Below, in pieces: positions 50,401-64,000 of a stretch of 64,000 nucleotides of DNA. The DNA comes from Balanoglossus misakiensis (lineage: Eukaryota; Animalia; Hemichordata). Location of the stretch: positions 10,571,337-10,635,336 of the forward strand of contig CM082586.2 in NCBI GenBank assembly GCA_040954595.2. The letters are read 5' to 3'. Position 1 is the first letter of the stretch. Every line of letters begins with the position of its first letter. The notes under the pieces are model-generated. The model did no database searches. It saw only the letters and a program-made list of their open reading frames with translations, and was not told where the DNA came from. The position numbers were made by a program, and so were the translations under genes.

Positions 50401-53400
50401 TGGAAATTTTACAACTATCCGTCGATCTACGGAGTCTGGTGGAAAACTTTCTTATGCGCATAGCCCTATATATGTGTTCTGCGCATCACAACAGAATTCG
50501 TAAACAAACGAGGTTGTTTGGAAGCAACCATGGAAATTTTACAACTATCCGTCGATCTACAGAGTCTAGTGGAAAAATGTCTTATGCGCATTGGCCTATC
50601 ATGTGTTCTGCGCCTCACAACAGAAATCAGTAAATAAACGAGGCTGTTTGGAAGCAACCATGGAAATTTTACAACTATCAGTCCATCTACAGAGTCTGGT
50701 GGAAAACTTTCTTATGCGCATAGGCCTATAACGTGTTCTGCGCCTAACAACAGAATTCGGTAAATAAACGAGGCTGTTTGGAAGCAACCATGGAAATTTT
50801 ACAACTATCCGTCGATCTACAGAGTCTGGTGGAAAACTTTCTTATGCGCATAGGCCTATAACGTGTTCTGCGCCTAACAACAGAATTCGGTAAATAAACG
50901 AGGCTGTTTGGAAGCAACCATGGAAATTTTACAACTATCCGTCGATCTACAGAGTCTAGTGGAAAACGTTATAATGCGCATAGGCCTATCTATGTGTTAT
51001 GCGCATCACAACAGAAATCGGTAAATAAACGAGGCTGTATTTGGAAGCAACCATGAACATTTTACAACTATCCGTCGATCTACAGAGTCTAGTGGAAAAC
51101 GTTCTTATGCGCATAGGCCTATATATGTGTTCTGCGCATCACAACAGAATTCGGTAAACAAACGAGGTTGTTTGGAAGCAACCATGGACATTTTACAACT
51201 ATCCGTCGATCTACAGAGTCTAGTGGAAAAATGTCGTATGCGCATAGGCCTATCATGTGTTCTGCGCCTCAAAACAGAATTCCGTAAATAAACGAGGCTG
51301 TTTGCAAGCAAACATGGAAATTTTACAGCTATCCGTCGATCTACAGAGTCTAGTGGAAAACGTTCTTTTGCGCATAGGCCTATATATGTGTTATGCGCAT
51401 CACAACAGAAATCGGTAAATAAACGAGGCTGTATTTGGAAGCAACCATGGACATTTTACAACTATCCGTCGATCTACAGAGTCTTGTGGAAAACTTTCTA
51501 ATGCGCATAGGCCTATTACGTGTTCTGCGCCTCACAACAGAATTCCGTAAATAAACGAGGCTGTTTGGAAGCAACCATGGAAATGTTAGAACTATCCGTC
51601 GATCTACAGAGTCTAGTGGAAAAATGTCTTATGCGCATAGGCCTATCATGTGTTCTGCGCCTCACAACAGAAATCGGTAAATAAACGAGGCAGTTTGGAA
51701 GCAACCATGGAAATTTTACAGCTATCCGTCGATCTACAGAGTCTAGTGGAAAACGTTCTTTTGCGCATAGGCCTATATATGTGTTCTGCGCATCACAACA
51801 GAATTTTGTAAACAAACGAGGCTGTGTTTGGAAGCAACCATGGACATTTTAGAACTATCTCTCGATCTACAGAGTCTATAGTGGAAAACTTTCTTATGCA
51901 CATATGCCTATCTATGTGTTCTGCGCCTAAAAACAGAATTCCGTAAATAAACGAGGCTGTTTGGAAGCAAACATGGCAATTTTACAGCTATCCGTGGATA
52001 TACAGAGTCTAGTGGAAAACGTTCTTATGCGCATAGGCCTATATATGTGTTCTGCGCATCACAACAGAATTTTGTAAACAAACGAGGCTGTGTTTGGAAG
52101 CAACCATGGAAATTTTAGAACTATCCGTTGATCTAAAGTTGAAAAGTTTTTTATGCGCATAGGCCTATCTATGTGTTCTGCGCCTCACAACAGAAATCGG
52201 TAAATAAACGAGGCTGTTTGGAAGCAACCATGGAAATTTTACAACTATCTCTCGATCTACAGAGTCTATAGTGGAAAACTTTCTTATTCACATATGCCTA
52301 TCTATGTGTTCTGCGCCTCAAAACAGAATTCCGCAAATAAACGAGGCTGTTTGGAAGCAAACATGGAAGTTTTAGAACTATCTCTCGATCTACAGTGTAT
52401 AGTGGAAAACGTTCATATGCGCATAGGCCTATCTATGTGTTCTGCGCATCACAACAGAATTTTGTAAACAAACGAGGCTGTGTTTGGTAGCAACCATGGA
52501 CATTTTAGAACTATCTCTCGATCTACAGAGTCTATAGTGGAAAACTTTCTTATGCACATAGGCCTATCTATGTGTTCTGCGCCTCACAACAGAATTCGGT
52601 AAATAAACGAGGCTGTTTGGAAGCAACCATGGAAATTTTACAACTATCCGTCGATCTACGGAGTCTGGTGGAAAACTTTCTTATGCGCATAGGCCTATTA
52701 CGTGTTCTGCGTCTCACAACAGAATTCGGTAAATAAACGAGGCTGTTTGGAAGCAACCATGGAAATTTTAGAACTATCTCTCGATCTACAGAGTCTAGTG
52801 GAAAACGTTCTTATGCGCATAGGCCTATATATGTGTTCTGCGCATCACAACAGAATTCGTAAACAAACGAGGTTGTTTGGAAGCAACCATGGAAATTTTA
52901 CAACTATCCGTCGATCTACAGAGTCTAGTGGAAAAATGTCTTATGCGCATTGGCCTATCATGTGTTCTGCGCCTCACAACAGAAATCAGTAAATAAACGA
53001 GGCTGTTTGGAAGCAACCATGGAAATTTTACAACTATCCGTCGATCTACAGAGTCTAGTGGAAACGTTCTTATGCGCATAGGCCTATATATGTGTTCTGC
53101 GCATCACAACAGAATTTTGTAAACAAACGAGGCTGTGTTTGGTAGCAACCATGGACATTTTAGAACTATCTCTCGATCTACAGAGTCTATAGTGGAAAAC
53201 TTTCTTATGCACATATGCCTATCTATGTGTTCTGCGCCTCACAACAGAATTCGGTAAATAAACGAGGCTGTTTGGAAGCAACCATGGAAATTTTACAACT
53301 ATCCGTCGATCTACAGAGTCTAGTGGAAAACGTTATTATGCGCATAGGCCTATATATGTGTTCTGCGCATCACAACAGAATTTTGTAAACAAACGAGGCT

Positions 53401-56400
53401 GTGTTTGGAAGCAACCATGGACATTTTAGAACTATCTCTCGATCTACAGAGTCTATAGTGGAAAACTTTCTTATGCACATAGGCCTATCTATGTGTTCTG
53501 TGCCTTACAACAGAATTCGGTAAATAAACGAGGCTGTTTGGAAGCAACCATGGAAATTTTACAACTATCCGTCGATCTACAGAGTCTAGTGGAAAACGTT
53601 ATTATGCGCATAGGCCTATATATGTGTTCTGCGCATCACAACAGAATTTTGTAAACAAACGAGGCTGTGTTTGGAAGCAACCATGGACATTTTAGAACTA
53701 TCTCTCGATCTACAGAGTCTATAGTGGAAAACTTTCTTATGCACATATGCCTATCTATGTGTTCTGCGCCTCAAAACAGAATTCCGTAAATAAACGAGGC
53801 TGTTTGGAAGCAAACATGGAAATTTTAGAACTATCTCTCGATCTACAGAGTATAGTGGAAAACGTTCATATGCGCATAGGCCTATCTATGTGTTCTGCGC
53901 ATCACAACAGAATTTTGTAAACAAACCAGGCTTTGTTTGGAAGCAACCATGGACATTTTAGAACTATTCGTCGATCTACGGAGTCTAGTGGAAAACTTTC
54001 TTATGCGCATAGGCATATGTATGTGTTCTACGCATCACAACAGAATTCGGTAAATAAACGAGGCTGTTTGGAAACAACCATGGAAATTTTAGAACTATCC
54101 GTTGATCTAAAGTTGAAAAGTTTTTTATGCGCATAGGCCTATCTATGTGTTCTGCGCCTCACAACAGAAATCGGTAAATAAACGAGGCTGTTTGGAAGCA
54201 ACCATGGAAATTTTACAACTATCTCTCGATCTACAGAGTCTATAGTGGAAAACTTTCTTATTCACATATGCCTATCTATGTGTTCTGCGCCTCAAAACAG
54301 AATTCCGCAAATAAACGAGGCTGTTTGGAAGCAAACATGGAAGTTTTAGAACTATCTCTCGATCTACAGTGTATGGTGGAAAACGTTCATATGCGCATAG
54401 GCCTATCTATGTGTTCTGCGCATCACAACAGAATTTTGTAAACAAACGAGGCTGTGTTTGGTAGCAACCATGGACATTTTAGAACTATCTCTCGATCTAC
54501 AGAGTCTATAGTGGAAAACTTTCTTATGCACATATGCCTATCTATGTGTTCTGCGCCTCACAACAGAATTCGGTAAATAAACGAGGCTGTTTGGAAGCAA
54601 CCATGGAAATTTTACAACTATCCGTCGATCTACGGAGTCTGGTGGAAAACTTTCTTATGCGCATAGCCCTATATATGTGTTCTGCGCATCACAACAGAAT
54701 TTTGTAAACAAACGAGGCTGTGTTTGGTAGCAACCATGGACATTTTAGAACTATCTCTCGATCTACAGAGTCTATAGTGGAAAACTTTCTTATGCACATA
54801 GGCCTATCTATGTGTTCTGCGCCTCACAACAGAATTCGGTAAATAAACGAGGCTGTTTGGAAGCAACCATGGAAATTTTACAACTATCCGTCGATCTACG
54901 GAGTCTGGTGGAAAACTTTCTTATGCGCATAGGCCTATTACGTGTTCTGCGTCTCACAACAGAATTCGGTAAATAAACGAGGCTGTTTGGAAGCAAACAT
55001 GGAAGTTTTAGAACTATCTCTCGATCTACAGTGTATAGTGGAAAACGTTCATATGCGCATAGGCCTATCTATGTGTTCTGCGCATCACAACAGAATTTTG
55101 TAAACAAACGAGGCTGTGTTTGGTAGCAACCATGGACATTTTAGAACTATCTCTCGATCTACAGAGTCTATAGTGGAAAACTTTCTTATGCACATAGGCC
55201 TATCTATGTGTTCTGCGCCTCACAACAGAATTCGGTAAATAAACGAGGCTGTTTGGAAGCAACCATGGAAATTTTACAACTATCCGTCGATCTACGGAGT
55301 CTGGTGGAAAACTTTCTTATGCGCATAGGCCTATTACGTGTTCTGCGTCTCACAACAGAATTCGGTAAATAAACGAGGCTGTTTGGAAGCAACCATGGAA
55401 ATTTTAGAACTATCTCTCGATCTACAGAGTCTAGTGGAAAACGTTCTTATGCGCATAGGCCTATATATGTGTTCTGCGCATCACAACAGAATTCGTAAAC
55501 AAACGAGGTTGTTTGGAAGCAACCATGGAAATTTTACAACTATCCGTCGATCTACAGAGTCTAGTGGAAAAATGTCTTATGCGCATTGGCCTATCATGTG
55601 TTCTGCACCTCACAACAGAAATCAGTAAATAAACGAGGCTGTTTGGAAGCAACCATGGAAATTTTACAACTATCCGTCGATCTACAGAGTCTAGTGGAAA
55701 CGTTCTTATGCGCATAGGCCTATATATGTGTTCTGCGCATCACAACAGAATTCGTAAACAAACGAGGTTGTTTGGAAGCAACCATGGAAATTTTACAACT
55801 ATCCGTCGATCTACAGAGTCTAGTGGAAAAATGTCTTATGCGCATTGGCCTATCATGTGTTCTGCGCCTCACAACAGAAATCAGTAAATAAACGAGGCTG
55901 TTTGGAAGCAACCATGGAAATTTTACAACTATCCGTCGATCTACAGAGTCTAGTGGAAACGTTCTTATGCGCATAGGCCTATATATGTGTTCTGCGCATC
56001 ACAACAGAATTTTGTAAACAAACGAGGCTGTGTTTGGTAGCAACCATGGACATTTTAGAACTATCTCTCGATCTACAGAGTCTATAGTGGAAAACTTTCT
56101 TATGCACATATGCCTATCTATGTGTTCTGCGCCTCACAACAGAATTCGGTAAATAAACGAGGCTGTTTGGAAGCAACCATGGAAATTTTACAACTATCCG
56201 TCGATCTACAGAGTCTAGTGGAAAACGTTATTATGCGCATAGGCCTATATATGTGTTCTGCGCATCACAACAGAATTTTGTAAACAAACGAGGCTGTGTT
56301 TGGAAGCAACCATGGACATTTTAGAACTATCTCTCGATCTACAGAGTCTATAGTGGAAAACTTTCTTATGCACATAGGCCTATCTATGTGTTCTGTGCCT

Positions 56401-59400
56401 TACAACAGAATTCGGTAAATAAACGAGGCTGTTTGGAAGCAACCATGGAAATTTTACAACTATCCGTCGATCTACAGAGTCTAGTGGAAAACGTTATTAT
56501 GCGCATAGGCCTATATATGTGTTCTGCGCATCACAACAGAATTTTGTAAACAAACGAGGCTGTGTTTGGAAGCAACCATGGACATTTTAGAACTATCTCT
56601 CGATCTACAGAGTCTATTGTGGAAAACTTTCTTATGCACATATGCCTATCTATGTGTTCTGCGCCTCAAAACAGAATTCCGTAAATAAACGAGGCTGTTT
56701 GGAAGCAAACATGGAAATTTTAGAACTATCTCTCGATCTACAGAGTATAGTGGAAAACGTTCATATGCGCATAGGCCTATCTATGTGTTCTGCGCATCAC
56801 AACAGAATTTTGTAAACAAACCAGGCTTTGTTTGGAAGCAACCATGGACATTTTAGAACTATTCGTCGATCTACGGAGTCTAGTGGAAAACTTTCTTATG
56901 CGCATAGGCATATGTATGTGTTCTACGCATCACAACAGAATTCGGTAAATAAACGAGGCTGTTTGGAAACAACCATGGAAATTTTAGAACTATCCGTTGA
57001 TCTAAAGTTGAAAAGTTTTTTATGCGCATAGGCCTATCTATGTGTTCTGCGCCTCACAACAGAAATCGGTAAATAAACGAGGCTGTTTGGAAGCAACCAT
57101 GGAAATTTTACAACTATCTCTCGATCTACAGAGTCTATAGTGGAAAACTTTCTTATTCACATATGCCTATCTATGTGTTCTGCGCCTCAAAACAGAATTC
57201 CGCAAATAAACGAGGCTGTTTGGAAGCAAACATGGAAGTTTTAGAACTATCTCTCGATCTACAGTGTATGGTGGAAAACGTTCATATGCGCATAGGCCTA
57301 TCTATGTGTTCTGCGCATCACAACAGAATTTTGTAAACAAACGAGGCTGTGTTTGGTAGCAACCATGGACATTTTAGAACTATCTCTCGATCTACAGAGT
57401 CTATAGTGGAAAACTTTCTTATGCACATATGCCTATCTATGTGTTCTGCGCCTCACAACAGAATTCGGTAAATAAACGAGGCTGTTTGGAAGCAAACATG
57501 GAAATTTTACAACTATCCGTCGATCTACGGAGTCTGGTGGAAAACTTTCTTATGCGCATAGCCCTATATATGTGTTCTGCGCATCACAACAGAATTTTGT
57601 AAACAAACGAGGCTGTGTTTGGTAGCAACCATGGACATTTTAGAACTATCTCTCGATCTACAGAGTCTATAGTGGAAAACTTTCTTATGCACATAGGCCT
57701 ATCTATGTGTTCTGCGCCTCACAACAGAATTCGGTAAATAAACGAGGCTGTTTGGAAGCAACCATGGAAATTTTACAACTATCCGTCGATCTACGGAGTC
57801 TGGTGGAAAACTTTCTTATGCGCATAGGCCTATTACGTGTTCTGCGTCTCACAACAGAATTCGGTAAATAAACGAGGCTGTTTGGAAGCAAACATGGAAG
57901 TTTTAGAACTATCTCTCGATCTACAGTGTATAGTGGAAAACGTTCATATGCGCATAGGCCTATCTATGTGTTCTGCGCATCACAACAGAATTTTGTAAAC
58001 AAACGAGGCTGTGTTTGGTAGCAACCATGGACATTTTAGAACTATCTCTCGATCTACAGAGTCTATAGTGGAAAACTTTCTTATGCACATAGGCCTATCT
58101 ATGTGTTCTGCGCCTCACAACAGAATTCGGTAAATAAACGAGGCTGTTTGGAAGCAACCATGGAAATTTTACAACTATCCGTCGATCTACGGAGTCTGGT
58201 GGAAAACTTTCTTATGCGCATAGGCCTATTACGTGTTCTGCGTCTCACAACAGAATTCGGTAAATAAACGAGGCTGTTTGGAAGCAACCATGGAAATTTT
58301 AGAACTATCTCTCGATCTACAGAGTCTAGTGGAAAACGTTCTTATGCGCATAGGCCTATATATGTGTTCTGCGCATCACAACAGAATTCGTAAACAAACG
58401 AGGTTGTTTGGAAGCAACCATGGAAATTTTACAACTATCCGTCGATCTACAGAGTCTAGTGGAAAAATGTCTTATGCGCATTGGCCTATCATGTGTTCTG
58501 CGCCTCACAACAGAAATCAGTAAATAAACGAGGCTGTTTGGAAGCAACCATGGAAATTTTACAACTATCCGTCGATCTACAGAGTCTAGTGGAAACGTTC
58601 TTATGCGCATAGGCCTATATATGTGTTCTGCGCATCACAACAGAATTTTGTAAACAAACGAGGCTGTGTTTGGTAGCAACCATAGACATTTTAGAACTAT
58701 CTCTCGATCTACAGAGTCTATAGTGGAAAACTTTCTTATGCACATATGCCTATCTATGTGTTCTGCGCCTCACAACAGAATTCGGTAAATAAACGAGGCT
58801 GTTTGGAAGCAACCATGGAAATTTTACAACTATCCGTCGATCTACAGAGTCTAGTGGAAAACGTTATTATGCGCATAGGCCTATATATGTGTTCTGCGCA
58901 TCACAACAGAATTTTGTAAACAAACGAGGCTGTGTTTGGAAGCAACCATGGACATTTTAGAACTATCTCTCGATCTACAGAGTCTATAGTGGAAAACTTT
59001 CTTATGCACATAGGCCTATCTATGTGTTCTGTGCCTTACAACAGAATTCGGTAAATAAACGAGGCTGTTTGGAAGCAACCATGGAAATTTTACAACTATC
59101 CGTCGATCTACAGAGTCTAGTGGAAAACGTTATTATGCGCATAGGCCTATATATGTGTTCTGCGCATCACAACAGAATTTTGTAAACAAACGAGGCTGTG
59201 TTTGGAAGCAACCATGGACATTTTAGAACTATCTCTCGATCTACAGAGTCTATAGTGGAAAACTTTCTTATGCACATATGCCTATCTATGTGTTCTGCGC
59301 CTCAAAACAGAATTCCGTAAATAAACGAGGCTGTTTGGAAGCAAACATGGAAATTTTAGAACTATCTCTCGATCTACAGAGTATAGTGGAAAACGTTCAT

Positions 59401-62400
59401 ATGCGCATAGGCCTATCTATGTGTTCTGCGCATCACAACAGAATTTTGTAAACAAACCAGGCTTTGTTTGGAAGCAACCATGGACATTTTAGAACTATTC
59501 GTCGATCTACGGAGTCTAGTGGAAAACTTTCTTATGCGCATAGGCATATGTATGTGTTCTACGCATCACAACAGAATTCGGTAAATAAACGAGGCTGTTT
59601 GGAAACAACCATGGAAATTTTAGAACTATCCGTTGATCTAAAGTTGAAAAGTTTTTTATGCGCATAGGCCTATCTATGTGTTCTGCGCCTCACAACAGAA
59701 ATCGGTAAATAAACGAGGCTGTTTGGAAGCAACCATGGAAATTTTACAACTATCTCTCGATCTACAGAGTCTATAGTGGAAAACTTTCTTATTCACATAT
59801 GCCTATCTATGTGTTCTGCGCCTCAAAACAGAATTCCGCAAATAAACGAGGCTGTTTGGAAGCAAACATGGAAGTTTTAGAACTATCTCTCGATCTACAG
59901 TGTATGGTGGAAAACGTTCATATGCGCATAGGCCTATCTATGTGTTCTGCGCATCACAACAGAATTTTGTAAACAAACGAGGCTGTGTTTGGTAGCAACC
60001 ATGGACATTTTAGAACTATCTCTCGATCTACAGAGTCTATAGTGGAAAACTTTCTTATGCACATATGCCTATCTATGTGTTCTGCGCCTCACAACAGAAT
60101 TCGGTAAATAAACGAGGCTGTTTGGAAGCAACCATGGAAATTTTACAACTATCCGTCGATCTACGGAGTCTGGTGGAAAACTTTCTTATGCGCATAGCCC
60201 TATATATGTGTTCTGCGCATCACAACAGAATTTTGTAAACAAACGAGGCTGTGTTTGGTAGCAACCATGGACATTTTAGAACTATCTCTCGATCTACAGA
60301 GTCTATAGTGGAAAACTTTCTTATGCACATAGGCCTATCTATGTGTTCTGCGCCTCACAACAGAATTCGGTAAATAAACGAGGCTGTTTGGAAGCAACCA
60401 TGGAAATTTTACAACTATCCGTCGATCTACGGAGTCTGGTGGAAAACTTTCTTATGCGCATAGGCCTATTACGTGTTCTGCGTCTCACAACAGAATTCGG
60501 TAAATAAACGAGGCTGTTTGGAAGCAACCATGGAAATTTTAGAACTATCTCTCGATCTACAGAGTCTAGTGGAAAACGTTCTTATGCGCATAGGCCTATA
60601 TATGTGTTCTGCGCATCACAACAGAATTCGTAAACAAACAAGGTTGTTTGGAAGCAACCATGGAAATTTTACAACTATCCGTCGATCTACAGAGTCTAGT
60701 GGAAAAATGTCTTATGCGCATTGGCCTATCATGTGTTCTGCGCCTCACAACAGAAATCAGTAAATAAACGAGGCTGTTTGGAAGCAACCATGGAAATTTT
60801 ACAACTATCCGTCGATCTACAGAGTCTAGTGGAAACGTTCTTATGCGCATAGGCCTATATATGTGTTCTGCGCATCACAACAGAATTTTGTAAACAAACG
60901 AGGCTGTGTTTGGTAGCAACCATGGACATTTTAGAACTATCTCTCGATCTACAGAGTCTATAGTGGAAAACTTTCTTATGCACATATGCCTATCTATGTG
61001 TTCTGCGCCTCACAACAGAATTCGGTAAATAAACGAGGCTGTTTGGAAGCAACCATGGAAATTTTACAACTATCCGTCGATCTACAGAGTCTAGTGGAAA
61101 ACGTTATTATGCGCATAGGCCTATATATGTGTTCTGCGCATCACAACAGAATTTTGTAAACAAACGAGGCTGTGTTTGGAAGCAACCATGGACATTTTAG
61201 AACTATCTCTCGATCTACAGAGTCTATAGTGGAAAACTTTCTTATGCACATAGGCCTATCTATGTGTTCTGTGCCTTACAACAGAATTCGGTAAATAAAC
61301 GAGGCTGTTTGGAAGCAACCATGGAAATTTTACAACTATCCGTCGATCTACAGAGTCTAGTGGAAAACGTTATTATGCGCATAGGCCTATATATGTGTTC
61401 TGCGCATCACAACAGAATTTTGTAAACAAACGAGGCTGTGTTTGGAAGCAACCATGGACATTTTAGAACTATCTCTCGATCTACAGAGTCTATAGTGGAA
61501 AACTTTCTTATGCACATATGCCTATCTATGTGTTCTGCGCCTCAAAACAGAATTCGGTAAATAAACGAGGCTGTTTGGAAGCAACCATGGAAATTTTAGA
61601 ACTATCTCTCGATCTACAGAGTCTAGTGGAAAACGTTCTTATGCGCATAGGCCTATATATGTGTTCTGCGCATCACAACAGAATTCGTAAACAAACGAGG
61701 TTGTTTGGAAGCAACCATGGAAATTTTACAACTATCCGTCGATCTACAGAGTCTAGTGGAAAAATGTCTTATGCGCATTGGCCTATCATGTGTTCTGCGC
61801 CTCACAACAGAAATCAGTAAATAAACGAGGCTGTTTGGAAGCAACCATGGAAATTTTACAACTATCCGTCGATCTACAGAGTCTAGTGGAAACGTTCTTA
61901 TGCGCATAGGCCTATATATGTGTTCTGCGCATCACAACAGAATTTTGTAAACAAACGAGGCTGTGTTTGGTAGCAACCATGGACATTTTAGAACTATCTC
62001 TCGATCTACAGAGTCTATAGTGGAAAACTTTCTTATGCACATATGCCTATCTATGTGTTCTGCGCCTCACAACAGAATTCGGTAAATAAACGAGGCTGTT
62101 TGGAAGCAACCATGGAAATTTTACAACTATCCGTCGATCTACAGAGTCTAGTGGAAAACGTTATTATGCGCATAGGCCTATATATGTGTTCTGCGCATCA
62201 CAACAGAATTTTGTAAACAAACGAGGCTGTGTTTGGAAGCAACCATGGACATTTTAGAACTATCTCTCGATCTACAGAGTCTATAGTGGAAAACTTTCTT
62301 ATGCACATAGGCCTATCTATGTGTTCTGTGCCTTACAACAGAATTCGGTAAATAAACGAGGCTGTTTGGAAGCAACCATGGAAATTTTACAACTATCCGT

Positions 62401-64000
62401 CGATCTACAGAGTCTAGTGGAAAACGTTATTATGCGCATAGGCCTATATATGTGTTCTGCGCATCACAACAGAATTTTGTAAACAAACGAGGCTGTGTTT
62501 GGAAGCAACCATGGACATTTTAGAACTATCTCTCGATCTACAGAGTCTATAGTGGAAAACTTTCTTATGCACATATGCCTATCTATGTGTTCTGCGCCTC
62601 AAAACAGAATTCCGTAAATAAACGAGGCTGTTTGGAAGCAAACATGGAAATTTTAGAACTATCTCTCGATCTACAGAGTATAGTGGAAAACGTTCATATG
62701 CGCATAGGCCTATCTATGTGTTCTGCGCATCACAACAGAATTTTGTAAACAAACCAGGCTTTGTTTGGAAGCAACCATGGACATTTTAGAACTATTCGTC
62801 GATCTACGGAGTCTAGTGGAAAACTTTCTTATGCGCATAGGCATATGTATGTGTTCTACGCATCACAACAGAATTCGGTAAATAAACGAGGCTGTTTGGA
62901 AACAACCATGGAAATTTTAGAACTATCCGTTGATCTAAAGTTGAAAAGTTTTTTATGCGCATAGGCCTATCTATGTGTTCTGCGCCTCACAACAGAAATC
63001 GGTAAATAAACGAGGCTGTTTGGAAGCAACCATGGAAATTTTACAACTATCTCTCGATCTACAGTGTATGGTGGAAAACGTTCATATGCGCATAGGCCTA
63101 TCTATGTGTTCTGCGCATCACAACAGAATTTTGTAAACAAACGAGGCTGTGTTTGGTAGCAACCATGGACATTTTAGAACTATCTCTCGATCTACAGAGT
63201 CTATAGTGGAAAACTTTCTTATGCACATATGCCTATCTATGTGTTCTGCGCCTCACAACAGAATTCGGTAAATAAACGAGGCTGTTTGGAAGCAACCATG
63301 GAAATTTTACAACTATCCGTCGATCTACGGAGTCTGGTGGAAAACTTTCTTATGCGCATAGCCCTATATATGTGTTCTGCGCATCACAACAGAATTTTGT
63401 AAACAAACGAGGCTGTGTTTGGTAGCAACCATGGACATTTTAGAACTATCTCTCGATCTACAGAGTCTATAGTGGAAAACTTTCTTATGCACATAGGCCT
63501 ATCTATGTGTTCTGCGCCTCACAACAGAATTCGGTAAATAAACGAGGCTGTTTGGAAGCAACCATGGAAATTTTACAACTATCCGTCGATCTACGGAGTC
63601 TGGTGGAAAACTTTCTTATGCGCATAGGCCTATTACGTGTTCTGCGTCTCACAACAGAATTCGGTAAATAAACGAGGCTGTTTGGAAGCAACCATGGAAA
63701 TTTTAGAACTATCTCTCGATCTACAGAGTCTAGTGGAAAACGTTCTTATGCGCATAGGCCTATATATGTGTTCTGCGCATCACAACAGAATTCGTAAACA
63801 AACAAGGTTGTTTGGAAGCAACCATGGAAATTTTACAACTATCCGTCGATCTACAGAGTCTAGTGGAAAAATGTCTTATGCGCATTGGCCTATCATGTGT
63901 TCTGCGCCTCACAACAGAAATCAGTAAATAAACGAGGCTGTTTGGAAGCAACCATGGAAATTTTACAACTATCCGTCGATCTACAGAGTCTAGTGGAAAC
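47400..64000. repeat. Higher-order-repeat domain built on a ~16-17-monomer (~2.1-2.24 kb) unit with structural variants
   Basis: Marker ORFs recur at 47626, 49730, 53933, 56828, 59464, 62761 and at 52702, 55338, 58233, 60473, 63637. Observed periods include 2104, 2240, 2636 and 2895. Domain-specific variants GAATTCGTAAAC, CATTGGCCTATCA, GAAATCAGT, GCGTCTCAC. Confidence 0.85.

Larger units (their letters stand above)
36586..64000. repeat. Tandem satellite array, ~131-bp monomer (right arm)
   Basis: The same monomer family resumes in register at the second TSD copy (TCGATCTACAGA|GTCTAGTGG) and continues in the same orientation to the window end. Confidence 0.99.

Noticed and set aside
297-63951. 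More than 100 short ORFs (60-100 aa) on both strands of the satellite
   Set aside because: They are repeated translations of the monomer. Monomer lengths vary by non-multiples of three, the frames break constantly and no domain is recognisable.
1-64000. CRISPR array or other repeat-spacer system
   Set aside because: There are no unique spacers because the entire monomer repeats, no cas genes are present and the context is eukaryotic.

Overview
This is eukaryotic, probably animal, satellite DNA. About 61.4 kb is one uninterrupted-orientation head-to-tail array of a 124-135 bp monomer (roughly 465 copies). The array has a 135+131 bp dimer backbone, many local higher-order repeats and region-specific variants, so it looks centromeric or pericentromeric, although that cannot be proven from sequence. 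The only non-satellite DNA is a 2547-bp, 5'-truncated Penelope-like retroelement (PLE) at 34039-36585. It encodes RT, a Cys4 linker and a C-terminal GIY-YIG endonuclease (Neptune-like), with one in-frame TAA just before the RT catalytic DD motif. It is flanked by a perfect 12-bp target-site duplication (TCGATCTACAGA) taken from the satellite monomer. Its 3' pseudo-LTR carries a candidate GT-AG intron immediately followed by a minimal hammerhead ribozyme and an AATAAA. The element sits in one copy of a near-identical 20-monomer tandem duplication whose other copy preserves the empty site, so the insertion is recent. All short ORFs in the satellite are spurious.
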